This document shows positions 9,053 through 18,449 of a stretch of DNA of 64,000 nt, in pieces; the first letter of the stretch is position 1, and each line of letters opens with the position of its first letter. A program made the position numbers and the translations under genes. The stretch comes from Christensenellaceae bacterium (GTDB taxonomy: Bacteria; Bacillota; Clostridia; Christensenellales; CAG-138): positions 1,754,591-1,818,590 of the forward strand of contig OY762962.1 of NCBI GenBank assembly GCA_963667195.1, given 5' to 3'. The notes beneath the pieces were generated by a model that saw nothing but the letters and a program-made list of their open reading frames with translations, was not told where the DNA came from and did not search any database.

Positions 9053-11887
9053 ATGGAAAACAAAATAGAATCCATTGATCCATGGTCTAAGACCATACAA
9101 TCGATTCAGAAACTGGCGGTCAATGATGTCTGCCAGGCAATGAACACAAGAATGAGCGGATTATCCAGCCAGGAAGTTGAGGACGCGAGCCGGATTCACG
9201 GCAAGAACGTCATCACCGAAAAGAAAGGTAAACCGGTCATTCTCATCTTTTTGGCAAATTTCGTCAGCCTGATGGCAATCCTCCTGTGGATTGGCGGCAT
9301 CATCGCGTTCTTTGCGAACATGGTGGAGCTGGCGGTCGCCATCTGGCTTGTCAACGTCATCAACGGTGTCTTCAGCTTCTGGCAGGAGTATCGCGCGGGC
9401 AAGGCAACGGAAGCGCTGCGCAACATGCTGCCGAGCTATGCGCGCGTGATTCGCAACGGCGTGGAGGATCGCATCCTTGCGGAAGACCTCGTGCCGGGCG
9501 ATATCATGCTCCTCGCGGAAGGCGACAAGATCTCCGCAGACGCGCGCCTGTTGGAAAGCAGCGATTTTCAGGTGAACCAATCGACACTGACCGGTGAATC
9601 CAACCCCGTGCGCAAGACGCATGAGGCGGTCCTCCGTGATGGGCTCGGCCGCTCCGAGGTGCCAAACCTCGTGTTTGCGGGCACCAGCGTCGCCAGCGGC
9701 ACAGCAAAATCCGTCGTCGTCGCAACCGGTATGCAGACGGAGTTTGGCAAGATCGCAACGCTGACCCAGACGCTCAAAGAAGAGAAGAGCCCGCTGCAAA
9801 AGGAGCTCGACCGCGTGACCAAACAGGTCTCCGCGATGGCAGTCAGCGCGGGCGTGTTGTTCTTCCTTGCATCGGTCTTTCTCGTGCATGATCCTATCGC
9901 CAAGAGCTTTATCTTTGCGCTGGGCATGATTGTTGCGTTCATTCCGGAAGGATTGCTTCCGACAGTGACGCTCGCACTGGCGATGGCCGTGCAGCGCATG
10001 GTCAAGGAGCACGCGCTGGTCAAGCGGCTCTCCGCCGTGGAGACGCTGGGCTGCACCACCGTAATCTGCTCGGATAAGACCGGTACGCTTACGCAAAACG
10101 AGATGACTGTCAATAACCTCTGGCTGCCGGGCAAGGAGCTCACGGTCAGCGGTCTTGGCTACGCTCCCAAAGGGAAGGTGCTCTGTGGAGAAAGCGAAGT
10201 CACCGTCAATACCGACGGAGACCTGAAGCTGCTGCTTACCGCGGCGGCGCTCTGCAGCAACGCGCGCGTGATTCCGCCGGAGCCGGGCTCGGATCGCTAC
10301 ACCGTTTTGGGCGACCCGACGGAGGCCTGCCTTGGCGTCGTCGCCGAAAAGGCGGGGTTGAATTATGAAGAAGCGGTCAAGCGCATGCCACGCGTACGCG
10401 AGCTGCCGTTTGACAGCCGCAGAAAGCGTATGACCACCATCCACGCGCTGGAGGAGCCCGTGCAGGGCGCCCGCCGCGTGGCATATATCAAAGGCGCACC
10501 CAAAGAGGTGCTGGAGCTCAGCCAAACCATCCGCATCAACGGCGAAATCGTGCCACTCACGCAGGAGCAGCGCGACGAGATCATGGCGAATAACGACCGC
10601 TACGCAAGAAACGGCCTGCGCGTGATCGCGGTTGCCTGCCGCTACCTCACAAAAGAGATGAACCTGCCCACTTCACTCAGCGCGTATACGCCGGAGATGA
10701 TCGAGCAGGAGATGACGTTCCTGGGGCTTACGGTCATGGCGGACCCGCCGCGGCCGGAGGTGGCCGACGCGGTCAAGCTCTGCCACCGCGCGAACATCCG
10801 CATCATCATGATCACGGGCGACTATGGCCTGACCGCCGAGAGCATCGCAAAGCGCATCGGCATCGTCGAAGGCGAGCACCCGCGCGTGGTCTCCGGCCTG
10901 GAGCTGGAACAGATGTCCGAGGACGACCTCAAGGTCGCGCTTAAGGACGAAGTGATCTTCGCCCGCGTGGCGCCGGAGCAGAAATATCGCGTGGTTTGCG
11001 CCTTGCAGGACATGGGACACGTGGTCGCCGTCACCGGCGACGGCGTGAATGACGCGCCTGCGCTCAAGAAGGCGGATATCGGCGTCGCGATGGGCATCTC
11101 GGGCACGGACGTGGCCAAGGAAGCGGCGGACATGATCCTGACCGACGACAACTTCGCCTCCATCGTTCGCGCCATAGAGGAAGGCCGTGCGGTCTACAGC
11201 AACATCCGCAAGTTCATCCTCTACATCCTCAACAGCAACGTGCCGGAAGCAGTGCCATCGGCTGCGTTCCTCTTCTCGCGCGGTGGTATTCCTCTGCCGC
11301 TGACGGTCATGCAGATTCTCAGCATCGACCTTGGCACGGACATGATGCCTGCGCTAGGCCTCGGAACCGAGCTGCCGGAAAAAGGAATTATGGATCAGCC
11401 GCCGCGCTCCTTGAAGAGCAGGCTGCTCAATGGTAAACTGTTTGTGAAGGCATTCCTCTGGTACGGCATGCTCGAAGGCGTGATCTGTATGGCGGCGTAC
11501 TTCTACGCAAACTGGGTGCATGGCTGGCCGGGCGTTCCGCTGGCTTCCAGCGGGATCGTATACCAGCAGGCAACCACGATGACGCTGGCTTCTATCGTCT
11601 TTTGCCAGATCGGCGCGGTGCTCAACTGCCGCACGGAGCGCGAGAGCGTCTTCTCCGTCGGCGTGTTCAGCAACAAACGCGTGCTGCTTGGCATCGGGGT
11701 TGAGCTGGTACTGATCTGTGCGCTGAGCTATGTGCCGTTTTTACAGGGTATCTTTAACACCGCGCCTCTGGCGATCAGGGATTGGCTGCTGCTCATCGTA
11801 CTGCCTTTCCCGGTGCTGCTGCTGGAGGAACTGCGCAAGCTTATTGTTCGCAGGAGAAATAATCATAAAGGAGGGCGGTCGCTATGA
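9053..11887 (+). CDS. cation-translocating P-type ATPase, type II with Na,K/H,K-ATPase-like (P2C-like) cation-site motifs
   Basis: ICSDKTGTLTQNEMTV, MITGD, TGDGVNDAPALKKADIGVAMG. M4 IPEGLLPTVT, M5 NSNVPEAVP, M6 SIDLGTDMMPALGLGTE. Confidence 0.9.
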   Translation: MENKIESIDPWSKTIQSIQKLAVNDVCQAMNTRMSGLSSQEVEDASRIHGKNVITEKKGKPVILIFLANFVSLMAILLWIGGIIAFFANMVELAVAIWLVNVINGVFSFWQEYRAGKATEALRNMLPSYARVIRNGVEDRILAEDLVPGDIMLLAEGDKISADARLLESSDFQVNQSTLTGESNPVRKTHEAVLRDGLGRSEVPNLVFAGTSVASGTAKSVVVATGMQTEFGKIATLTQTLKEEKSPLQKELDRVTKQVSAMAVSAGVLFFLASVFLVHDPIAKSFIFALGMIVAFIPEGLLPTVTLALAMAVQRMVKEHALVKRLSAVETLGCTTVICSDKTGTLTQNEMTVNNLWLPGKELTVSGLGYAPKGKVLCGESEVTVNTDGDLKLLLTAAALCSNARVIPPEPGSDRYTVLGDPTEACLGVVAEKAGLNYEEAVKRMPRVRELPFDSRRKRMTTIHALEEPVQGARRVAYIKGAPKEVLELSQTIRINGEIVPLTQEQRDEIMANNDRYARNGLRVIAVACRYLTKEMNLPTSLSAYTPEMIEQEMTFLGLTVMADPPRPEVADAVKLCHRANIRIIMITGDYGLTAESIAKRIGIVEGEHPRVVSGLELEQMSEDDLKVALKDEVIFARVAPEQKYRVVCALQDMGHVVAVTGDGVNDAPALKKADIGVAMGISGTDVAKEAADMILTDDNFASIVRAIEEGRAVYSNIRKFILYILNSNVPEAVPSAAFLFSRGGIPLPLTVMQILSIDLGTDMMPALGLGTELPEKGIMDQPPRSLKSRLLNGKLFVKAFLWYGMLEGVICMAAYFYANWVHGWPGVPLASSGIVYQQATTMTLASIVFCQIGAVLNCRTERESVFSVGVFSNKRVLLGIGVELVLICALSYVPFLQGIFNTAPLAIRDWLLLIVLPFPVLLLEELRKLIVRRRNNHKGGRSL

Positions 11888-12534
11888 AAGTGATCGTTGT
11901 CGGATGCGGGAAAATGGGTTCCGGCCTTGCGCTGGAGCTGGTTAAAAAGAGTCACACGGTGACGGTGGTCGGCGGCTCGATGGACGAGTTTGCCTTGCTG
12001 GGAAAAGGATTCAAGGGCGAGACCATCGTCGGTGTTGCGTTTGACAAGCAGATTCTGGAGCAGGCTGGCATCGAGCGCGCGGACGCAATCGTCGCCTGCA
12101 CCAAGAGCGACGAGACGAACGCCCTCATCGGGCGCATCGCGCGAAACAACTATCGTGTGCCGCGCGTCATCAGCCGCCTTTATGATCCGCGTAAGGCGGA
12201 GATCTATCGCACGCTTGGTATTCAGACGATCTCCGCGACCGAGTGGGGCGTCAAGCATGCCATCGAGCTATTGAGTTACGACCAGCTGGATGTCGTGGCA
12301 GGCCTCGGCAACGGCGGCGTGGATGTTGTCCGCGTCGAGGTGGCGGAGCTGCTCGTCGGCAAGAAGATCGTGGATATCACGGCTGCGGGCGAATTCAGCG
12401 TTTGCGCGCTGAGCAGGCAGAACCAAACGTTTATCCCGACGCTGGGCACCGTGCTGCAAAAGGGCGATGTCGTTTACTGTAACGTGTTGGTTTCTTCGGT
12501 CAAGCAGTTTAAACACGTGCTTGGCCTTCTGTGA
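11884..12534 (+). CDS. RCK-domain protein (TrkA-N plus TrkA-C; TrkA/KtrA family)
   Basis: MKVIVVGCGKMGSGLA Rossmann start and a C-terminal TrkA-C-like domain. ATGA overlap with the ATPase stop. Confidence 0.88.
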   Translation: MKVIVVGCGKMGSGLALELVKKSHTVTVVGGSMDEFALLGKGFKGETIVGVAFDKQILEQAGIERADAIVACTKSDETNALIGRIARNNYRVPRVISRLYDPRKAEIYRTLGIQTISATEWGVKHAIELLSYDQLDVVAGLGNGGVDVVRVEVAELLVGKKIVDITAAGEFSVCALSRQNQTFIPTLGTVLQKGDVVYCNVLVSSVKQFKHVLGLL

Positions 12535-12553
12535 GAGGAGCGGGTGAAATCAG

Positions 12554-13213
12554 ATGAAAGTCATCATCATCGGCGGCGGCCAGACGGGCGCGCATATCGC
12601 AGGAATCCTGCTGGCGAACAAGTGTGAAGTCACGGTTATTGACAACCGCGAGCAAGTCATTCAAAAGCTCAAGCGGGACATTCCGGAGAAGAACATCATC
12701 TGCGGCAACGGAACAGATCCCAACGTGCTGGAGCAGGCGGGCATCGCGAAGGCGGATGTCGTCGCTGCGGTCACGGGCGCGGACGAGACAAACCTCGTCG
12801 CCGCGACCATCGCGCGGTTTGAGTTCGATGTACCGCGCGTGATTGCGCGCGTCAACAACCCCAAGAACGCCTGGCTCTTCAACGCGGGCATGGGTGTGGA
12901 TGTTGCGATCAATCAGGCAGATCTCCTCGCGCACCTTGTGGTGGAGGAGATGAATCAGGTTGCCATGCTCACACTGATGAAGATCAGCCGCGGTACCTAC
13001 TCCATCGTGCAATACAAGGTCAGCGAAACGGCGCAGGCGGTCGGCAAGCAAATTCGCGAGCTGACGCTGCCGGAGCAGTCGGTCATCATCGCGGTGTATC
13101 AGGGTGAGAAGACGCTGATTCCGCATGGCGGCACCGTGGTCGGCACGGGAGACATCGTGCTCGCGTTTGCGGACGAAGCCGCGCAGGAGAAGCTGAATCT
13201 ACTGTTTAAGTAA
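12554..13213 (+). CDS. RCK-domain protein (TrkA-N plus TrkA-C; TrkA/KtrA family), second paralog
   Basis: MKVIIIGGGQTGAHIA Rossmann start and a TrkA-C-like C-terminus. Lies 19 nt after the first RCK gene. Confidence 0.88.
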   Translation: MKVIIIGGGQTGAHIAGILLANKCEVTVIDNREQVIQKLKRDIPEKNIICGNGTDPNVLEQAGIAKADVVAAVTGADETNLVAATIARFEFDVPRVIARVNNPKNAWLFNAGMGVDVAINQADLLAHLVVEEMNQVAMLTLMKISRGTYSIVQYKVSETAQAVGKQIRELTLPEQSVIIAVYQGEKTLIPHGGTVVGTGDIVLAFADEAAQEKLNLLFK

Positions 13214-13235
13214 ACAGTTTATCGAGACAAAACAG

Positions 13236-13266
13236 AAAGCCCCGAACCGTTTGGTTCGGGGCTTTT
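13236..13266. terminator. bidirectional Rho-independent terminator between convergent operons
   Basis: AAAGCCCCGAACC-GTTT-GGTTCGGGGCTTT: an 11-bp perfect stem flanked by an A-run and a T-run. Confidence 0.8.
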
Positions 13267-13284
13267 GTGTTGCTTTGTTTGAGA

Positions 13285-13785
13285 TTACGCCAGCGCTTGT
13301 TCCAGGATGCCAGCGAGCAGTTCCGCGCCTTCCTGCGCGCGCGCGGACATGCCGATTCCCTGCTCCGTGGTCGCGGGCTGGATGCCGACAAGGCACGTTT
13401 GGCAGTTGCAGGCGAGCTTGAGATAGCTCAACAGCATCGGCAGCGGCAGCATATGCGTAGAGAACGAAAGTCCCGCCGCCCGTTCCTCCGGCAGTATCTG
13501 GATGGAACCCGTGGGCAACTCCAGAAACGCCGCATCCACCACGACCAACAGATCGGGATGAAATTCGCGGATCGTGCCGGAGAAGTTCTCCGGAGCAGGT
13601 CCGCCGGACACGAGCAGTAGCCTGCCTGCCGCCTCGCCAACGGGCACCTTCAGGCGCTCTGAGAGCCGCTCAATGAGGTAGAGCCCCGCCGCGTCGTCGT
13701 GACAAAGCTCCGTGCCGACGCCGAGGATGCAGACGCGCTTTTCGCCCGCGAACGCCGCCGAAAAATACGACTCCAGCTCGCTCAC
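13285..13785 (-). CDS. hydrogenase maturation endopeptidase (HycI/HybD family)
   Basis: ILGVGTELCHDDAAG motif. GTG start overlapping the upstream stop (GTGA). Last gene of the hydrogenase operon. The ORF track extension to 13986 overlaps the ferredoxin gene. Confidence 0.85.
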   Translation of the reverse strand: MSELESYFSAAFAGEKRVCILGVGTELCHDDAAGLYLIERLSERLKVPVGEAAGRLLLVSGGPAPENFSGTIREFHPDLLVVVDAAFLELPTGSIQILPEERAAGLSFSTHMLPLPMLLSYLKLACNCQTCLVGIQPATTEQGIGMSARAQEGAELLAGILEQALA

Positions 13786-14150
13786 AGCTCGATTTCCAAA
13801 CTGTCGCGGTTGAAGCTCGCGAGCAGCACGTCGCTGGAGAAACTCAACGATTTCTTCGGGCAGGTATCCACGCACTGGCAGCAGAACACGCAGCGGCCCA
13901 GATTGAGATAGGCGTGCATCTGCTTGTCTTCCTTGGTGCCGAAGTTTTTGATCGTGATCGCGCCCGTCGGGCAGTCCCGCATGCACATCACGCAGTTGAT
14001 GCAGCTCGTGGGATCATACAGCAACTTTCCGCGATAGCCTTTTTGAATTCCCTCGTCGCCGAACTGATGCACCTGTGTCGCGGGCTTGCGGAAAAGGTTT
14101 TTGATTGCGAGTCCGGCGAGACCGCCGGGACGCTCCTGTTTTTTACTCAT
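13782..14150 (-). CDS. hydrogenase 2x[4Fe-4S] ferredoxin-like subunit (NuoI/HycF/MbhN-like)
   Basis: Two cluster motifs, CINCVMCMRDCP and CVFCCQCVDTCP. ATGA overlap with the upstream gene. Confidence 0.88.
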   Translation of the reverse strand: MSKKQERPGGLAGLAIKNLFRKPATQVHQFGDEGIQKGYRGKLLYDPTSCINCVMCMRDCPTGAITIKNFGTKEDKQMHAYLNLGRCVFCCQCVDTCPKKSLSFSSDVLLASFNRDSLEIEL

Positions 14151-15085
14151 AGACCCAATCCTCCTCTGAGCAGCAGGTTGACGATCATCTGCAGCATCGC
14201 AATCGGCGTGAGGATCGACCAGAAGAACTTGAGCGTCTGGTCGATGCGGATGCGCGCCATCGTCGCGCGGAGCAGCACCATCAACAGCACGATCACGAAT
14301 GTTTTCGCAAGATACAGCACAAAGTCGAGCCACGCGATGCCGGTGAAGAACGGCAGATACAGCGCAGCAAGTACGGAGGCAATCGCCGTGAGCTCCGCAA
14401 TCGCGGTTCCGCGGAAAAACGCGAGGTAACGTCCGCTATATTCCACCAGCGCACCGCCAACGATCTCCGTCTCCGCTTCCGGCGCGTCAAAGGGCATGCG
14501 CTCGAGCTTGCTCTGCGAGGTCAGAAGCGACACGACGAACACGGGCAGGTTGATCAGCGTATAGAGCGGGTGCGCCGCATAAAACGCGGCAATGCCGGAG
14601 ATCGACCACGTGCCAGCGAGGATTGCCGGAGAGAGGAACGCCATGAACAGCGGAACCTCGTAGGCAAACATCTGGGTCAGCGTGCGAAACGCGCCGATTG
14701 TGGAATAGACCTCGTGGCTGTTGTAGCCCGCGAGAAAGTGGCACAGCGTCGGGATGGTCAGCAGATACAGCACCGCGACGAGATCGCCTTGATAGGCGGT
14801 GATCGCCGTGCTGCCCCATACGGGCACGCACAGGAACGCGGCGCAGACCGCGGCAAGCGAAACGGTGGGAAGCGCCGCAAACACGAGCTTTTGCGCGTTG
14901 CGCGGCACGATGACCTTTTTGCCGATGAGCTTGAGCATGTCCGCCAGCGGCTGATACCACGGCGGGCCTTTGCGGCTCTGCATGCGGGCGTAGACCTTGC
15001 GGTCGACGAACTCCAGCACAAACGAGTATGCGCCAAGAAACAGCAGTCCGGGGAATACGAGCACGTTGAAGATTGAGAGCAGCAT
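14147..15085 (-). CDS. hydrogenase membrane subunit (NuoH/HycD/MbhM-like)
   Basis: Polytopic membrane protein with the N-terminal RKVYARMQSRKGPPWYQPLADMLKL signature of the NuoH family. Confidence 0.88.
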   Translation of the reverse strand: MLLSIFNVLVFPGLLFLGAYSFVLEFVDRKVYARMQSRKGPPWYQPLADMLKLIGKKVIVPRNAQKLVFAALPTVSLAAVCAAFLCVPVWGSTAITAYQGDLVAVLYLLTIPTLCHFLAGYNSHEVYSTIGAFRTLTQMFAYEVPLFMAFLSPAILAGTWSISGIAAFYAAHPLYTLINLPVFVVSLLTSQSKLERMPFDAPEAETEIVGGALVEYSGRYLAFFRGTAIAELTAIASVLAALYLPFFTGIAWLDFVLYLAKTFVIVLLMVLLRATMARIRIDQTLKFFWSILTPIAMLQMIVNLLLRGGLGL

Positions 15086-15102
15086 TCGTTGATTCCCCTT
15101 TC

Positions 15103-16320
15103 TTAAAACTCGCGAACTTTGATCGATCCGGGATCGATGCCGCGCGACTTGTATTGCTCGATGGAGAGCGCGCGAATCTGCGCCCAGTCCGTGAGCTGGT
15201 TGACGCCGTCTCCGATGAGGTGGATGGCGCGGTCGGTGCAGGAGTAGCACGGGTCGATCGCGGCAATGATGATCGGCACATCCGCCAGCTGGAACCCTTC
15301 CAGCATGTGGCTCATGCCGTGCCAGTTTGCCTCCGTTGGGGCACGAACGCGGACACGATCCGGCATATCCGTTCCTGTGGAGCGGATATAGTGGATGTCC
15401 TCTCCGCGCGGGGCTTCCACGCGGCTGAGCACCTCACCCGCGGGCAGCTTACGCGGCGCGCGAACGGAGATCGGGCCATCCGGAATCTCCGCGACCATAA
15501 TGCGGATGAGGCGGATTGCCTCGAGCATCTCCTTGACGCGTACCAGCGTGCGCCCGTAGACGTCGCAGTGATCGTCCGTGATCACGTTGACCGGAATCTC
15601 TTTAAACACGCCGTAGGGCTCGACAGCGCGAACGTCGCCGCCGATACCCGCGGCTCTCGCGACGGGGCCAACCGCGCTGTATTTTCTAACGTCATCCGGC
15701 GTGAGCACGCCAATGCCCTTGAGCCGCGCAATGAGCGTGGTTTCGGTGAGCGCGAGGTCTGCGTAGTACTTGAGCTTTTCTTCCAGAAGATCGCAAACGT
15801 GGAGGATATCCTGCATCAACTCCGGCTCCAGATCGCGCCTTACACCTCCGTAGGTGTTCACACCATAGTTCACACGGTTGCCGCCGATGCGCGCTAATAG
15901 ATCCAGCACCAGCTCGCGATCCCGCCAAGTGTACATAAACAGCGTGTCAAAGCCGATTTCGTGCGCCGCAACGCCGAGCCAGAGCAGGTGGCTGTGCAGG
16001 CGTTCCAGCTCGCCGACGATGCCGCGGATGTAGTGCGCCCTTCTTGGCACTTCCAACCCCGCGAGGTCTTCAAATGCCTGGCAAAAGCAGAGCGTGTGCG
16101 CATGCGAGCAGATGCCGCAGACGCGCTCGATGATATACAGCGCCTGAATATAGTTGCGGCTTTCGCAGGCTTTCTCGATGCCGCGATGGTTGTAGCCGAT
16201 TTCGACGACCGCACGCTCCACCTTTTCGCCGTCCAGCGTAATCTTAAAGCTGCCCGGCTCTTTGAGGGACGGATGCTGCGGCCCGATCGGTACAACGACC
16301 TTGTTATTGCGTTCGCTCAT
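15103..16320 (-). CDS. group 4 [NiFe]-hydrogenase large subunit (NuoD/HycE/MbhL-like)
   Basis: N-terminal RVCGICSHAH and C-terminal DPCYSCTDR NiFe-ligand motifs. A 41-aa tail follows the cleavage-site Arg. ATGA overlap with the upstream gene. Confidence 0.93.
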   Translation of the reverse strand: MSERNNKVVVPIGPQHPSLKEPGSFKITLDGEKVERAVVEIGYNHRGIEKACESRNYIQALYIIERVCGICSHAHTLCFCQAFEDLAGLEVPRRAHYIRGIVGELERLHSHLLWLGVAAHEIGFDTLFMYTWRDRELVLDLLARIGGNRVNYGVNTYGGVRRDLEPELMQDILHVCDLLEEKLKYYADLALTETTLIARLKGIGVLTPDDVRKYSAVGPVARAAGIGGDVRAVEPYGVFKEIPVNVITDDHCDVYGRTLVRVKEMLEAIRLIRIMVAEIPDGPISVRAPRKLPAGEVLSRVEAPRGEDIHYIRSTGTDMPDRVRVRAPTEANWHGMSHMLEGFQLADVPIIIAAIDPCYSCTDRAIHLIGDGVNQLTDWAQIRALSIEQYKSRGIDPGSIKVREF

Positions 16321-16811
16321 TTGGCATCCTCCTCCTGCGGCGGTTCGTATTTCATGGTCTGCTTGTTGAAGTAGGCCGGGTTCCACTCCTTGCGCAGCGG
16401 ATATTCACCCGCGGGCCAACCGTCGGGCAGGGGATAGCTCGGCCCTTCCGGAAGTCCCGAGACCTGCACGCCGAAGAGATCCACCATCTCGCGCTCATGG
16501 AGCATCAGAGAGGGAAAGAACTCGCCCATGGAGTGTACGCGCGGTGCGCTCTTTGGCACGCGCTCGCGCAGCACGAGCAGCACGTTTTCGTCGTTGGAGA
16601 GGATGTAGGAAAGCCCAATATTCTCGCCCTCGTCCGTGCCGACGATATGCTTGCCTTTGTGGTAATCAAGCTTAGAAAACGCGTATTTCAGCGCCTCCTC
16701 AAACTCCTTTGGTTCGGCAAAGGCGGTGAAGACGCGAAGCGGACGCGTGGACGCCGCCTCCAGCGCGGGAAAGCGCTTGTTGAGCGCCAGGATGGTCTCT
16801 TCCGTGTTCAT
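16317..16811 (-). CDS. hydrogenase NuoC/MbhK-like subunit
   Basis: 164 aa, NuoC-like, positioned between the NuoB-like and NuoD-like genes. ATGA overlaps on both sides. Confidence 0.8.
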   Translation of the reverse strand: MNTEETILALNKRFPALEAASTRPLRVFTAFAEPKEFEEALKYAFSKLDYHKGKHIVGTDEGENIGLSYILSNDENVLLVLRERVPKSAPRVHSMGEFFPSLMLHEREMVDLFGVQVSGLPEGPSYPLPDGWPAGEYPLRKEWNPAYFNKQTMKYEPPQEEDAK

Positions 16812-17257
16812 TTGCCCTTTGCCTCCTTTTGATCGAGCGTGGCAAGGAGCTTGCCTACCGCGTCGATAATCGCCTCCGGCCGCACGGCGCAGCCGGGGAT
16901 ATACGCGTCGACCGGCACGACGGTATCGATGCCGCCGGTCACGCAATAGCAACTGTCGAAGATGCCGCCCGTGCAGGCGCAGGTGCCGACCGCGACCACG
17001 AACTTCGGCGTGGACATCTGGTCGTAGATCTGCTTGAGCCTGTCGCGCGTTTGCAGCGTGACAGCGCCTGTGCAGACGAGTACGTCCGCATGCTTCGGGC
17101 TGCCCTGCTGGAGAATGCCGAGGCGCTCAAGGTCGTATTGCGGCGTGAGCGCGTCTACCACCTCAATGTCGCAGCCGTTGCAGGCGCCCGCGTTGAAGTG
17201 GATGATCCACGGGGATTTTTTCTCTCCCCATGCGATTGCTTTATCGAGTAAACCCAT
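16808..17257 (-). CDS. hydrogenase small subunit (NuoB/HycG/MbhJ-like)
   Basis: Cys ligands for one [4Fe-4S] cluster (GACNGCDIE, GTCACTGG, PGCAVRP). GAGGAA RBS. Confidence 0.9.
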   Translation of the reverse strand: MGLLDKAIAWGEKKSPWIIHFNAGACNGCDIEVVDALTPQYDLERLGILQQGSPKHADVLVCTGAVTLQTRDRLKQIYDQMSTPKFVVAVGTCACTGGIFDSCYCVTGGIDTVVPVDAYIPGCAVRPEAIIDAVGKLLATLDQKEAKGK

Positions 17258-17310
17258 ACTTTTTCCTCATTTTGTCAGTAAAAAACGGTACTTGGCGATC
17301 AATTGAACGA

Positions 17311-17643
17311 CTATTTGCGGAACAGGATCAGCATTGCCAGCGCGCCGACCACGATATAGACGACCGGCATCAGCGTGTGTCCCGCGGGCGCTGTCGCGAC
17401 GATCATCACGAGCACGTGCATGATCGTGAAGAAGAACGCAAGATAGAACATGCGCCGGAAGTTCGGATTGACATATTGGCTGACCGCGTCTTCGCTCTGC
17501 CCGCAGGCATAGGGATCAAAGGCGTGCTTGCCGGACGGGGTCTTGTCCGCCTTGCGCTTGAGATACACCGAAAGGAGCATCAAAAGCAGCAGAAACGAGA
17601 CAAACAGCACAGGGGTGGTGACAAGGAATTGTTGCGCGTTCAT
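17311..17643 (-). CDS. small membrane subunit, NuoA/ND3-like
   Basis: Three predicted TM segments. The loop after TM1 carries DPYACGQ, similar to the ND3/NuoA PYECG motif. GAGGTG RBS before the ATG at 17643; a GTG at 17652 is an alternative start. Confidence 0.6.
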   Translation of the reverse strand: MNAQQFLVTTPVLFVSFLLLLMLLSVYLKRKADKTPSGKHAFDPYACGQSEDAVSQYVNPNFRRMFYLAFFFTIMHVLVMIVATAPAGHTLMPVVYIVVGALAMLILFRK

Positions 17644-17653
17644 ATTCGTCACC

Positions 17654-17959
17654 TCATCCCTTCAGGTTCTTCAGGCTGCGGATGTCCATGTTGCCGTGCT
17701 TGTGGTAGATGCTGATGGCGATGCCGGAAAGCACCGTTGCAACCACGACTTCAAGCACGATCACGCTCACGATGAGCGACTCCGCAACGGGCATATTGCC
17801 GTTGAGCCAGCCGCCGAGTGCGAGAAACATCGACACCGCCTTGATGGCGAGCTCCAACGCGATAATGATCTTGAGCATGTGGCGCGTACGAATGAGCTCG
17901 AAGCAGCCGGTCAGGATGAGCACCACCCCGGCAATGAGCATAACGGTCGAAATTGTCAC
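17654..17959 (-). CDS. membrane subunit, NuoK/MnhC/MbhG-like
   Basis: 101 aa with three TM segments and an NuoK/MrpC-like pattern (LIIALELAIKAV...VLEVVVA). GTGA overlap with the upstream gene. Confidence 0.75.
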   Translation of the reverse strand: MTISTVMLIAGVVLILTGCFELIRTRHMLKIIIALELAIKAVSMFLALGGWLNGNMPVAESLIVSVIVLEVVVATVLSGIAISIYHKHGNMDIRSLKNLKG

Positions 17960-18438
17960 TGTTTCTCACTCTCCTTAAAGAACACCACGATGGCGGAAGC
18001 ACCCGCGAGGATGGCGATCATCTGGCCGAAGATATCCGCCTGCCGCGTTTCCCAAAACACATTGTCAAAGCTGGCGGAGCTGCCGACCGGGCCGCGCGAT
18101 CCCAGCGAAAAGCCGGTGAGCAGGGCCGCGATGACGAGCACCGCTCCAATGGCGATGAGTATGATGGGCAACAGGTGCGCGCGCTTTTCCGGCGCGCTGG
18201 CCTGACGGTCTCCGTTACTCAGGCTTACCGCGCTGATGAAGATCACGGTGACGAGGCCGGAACAGACCGAAACTTCGAAAATCGCTGCGGTATGCGCGCC
18301 GAGCACGTACATCAGCACGCCGCAAGCCGCGCTGACCGCGGCGAGAGAGATCGCAGCGTTGATCAGGTGACGGCTCAGCACGGAGAAAAAGCCGAACAGC
18401 AGCATGGCGCCAAGGCAAACATCAATTGCAATGTTCAT
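17956..18438 (-). CDS. membrane subunit, MbhD/MbhE (MnhB)-like; NuoJ equivalent
   Basis: 160 aa. The N-terminal half resembles the DUF4040/MnhB/NuoJ pattern (LGAHTAAIFEVSVCSGLVTVIF). Confidence 0.65.
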   Translation of the reverse strand: MNIAIDVCLGAMLLFGFFSVLSRHLINAAISLAAVSAACGVLMYVLGAHTAAIFEVSVCSGLVTVIFISAVSLSNGDRQASAPEKRAHLLPIILIAIGAVLVIAALLTGFSLGSRGPVGSSASFDNVFWETRQADIFGQMIAILAGASAIVVFFKESEKQ

Positions 18439-18449
18439 ATGCGCTCCTT

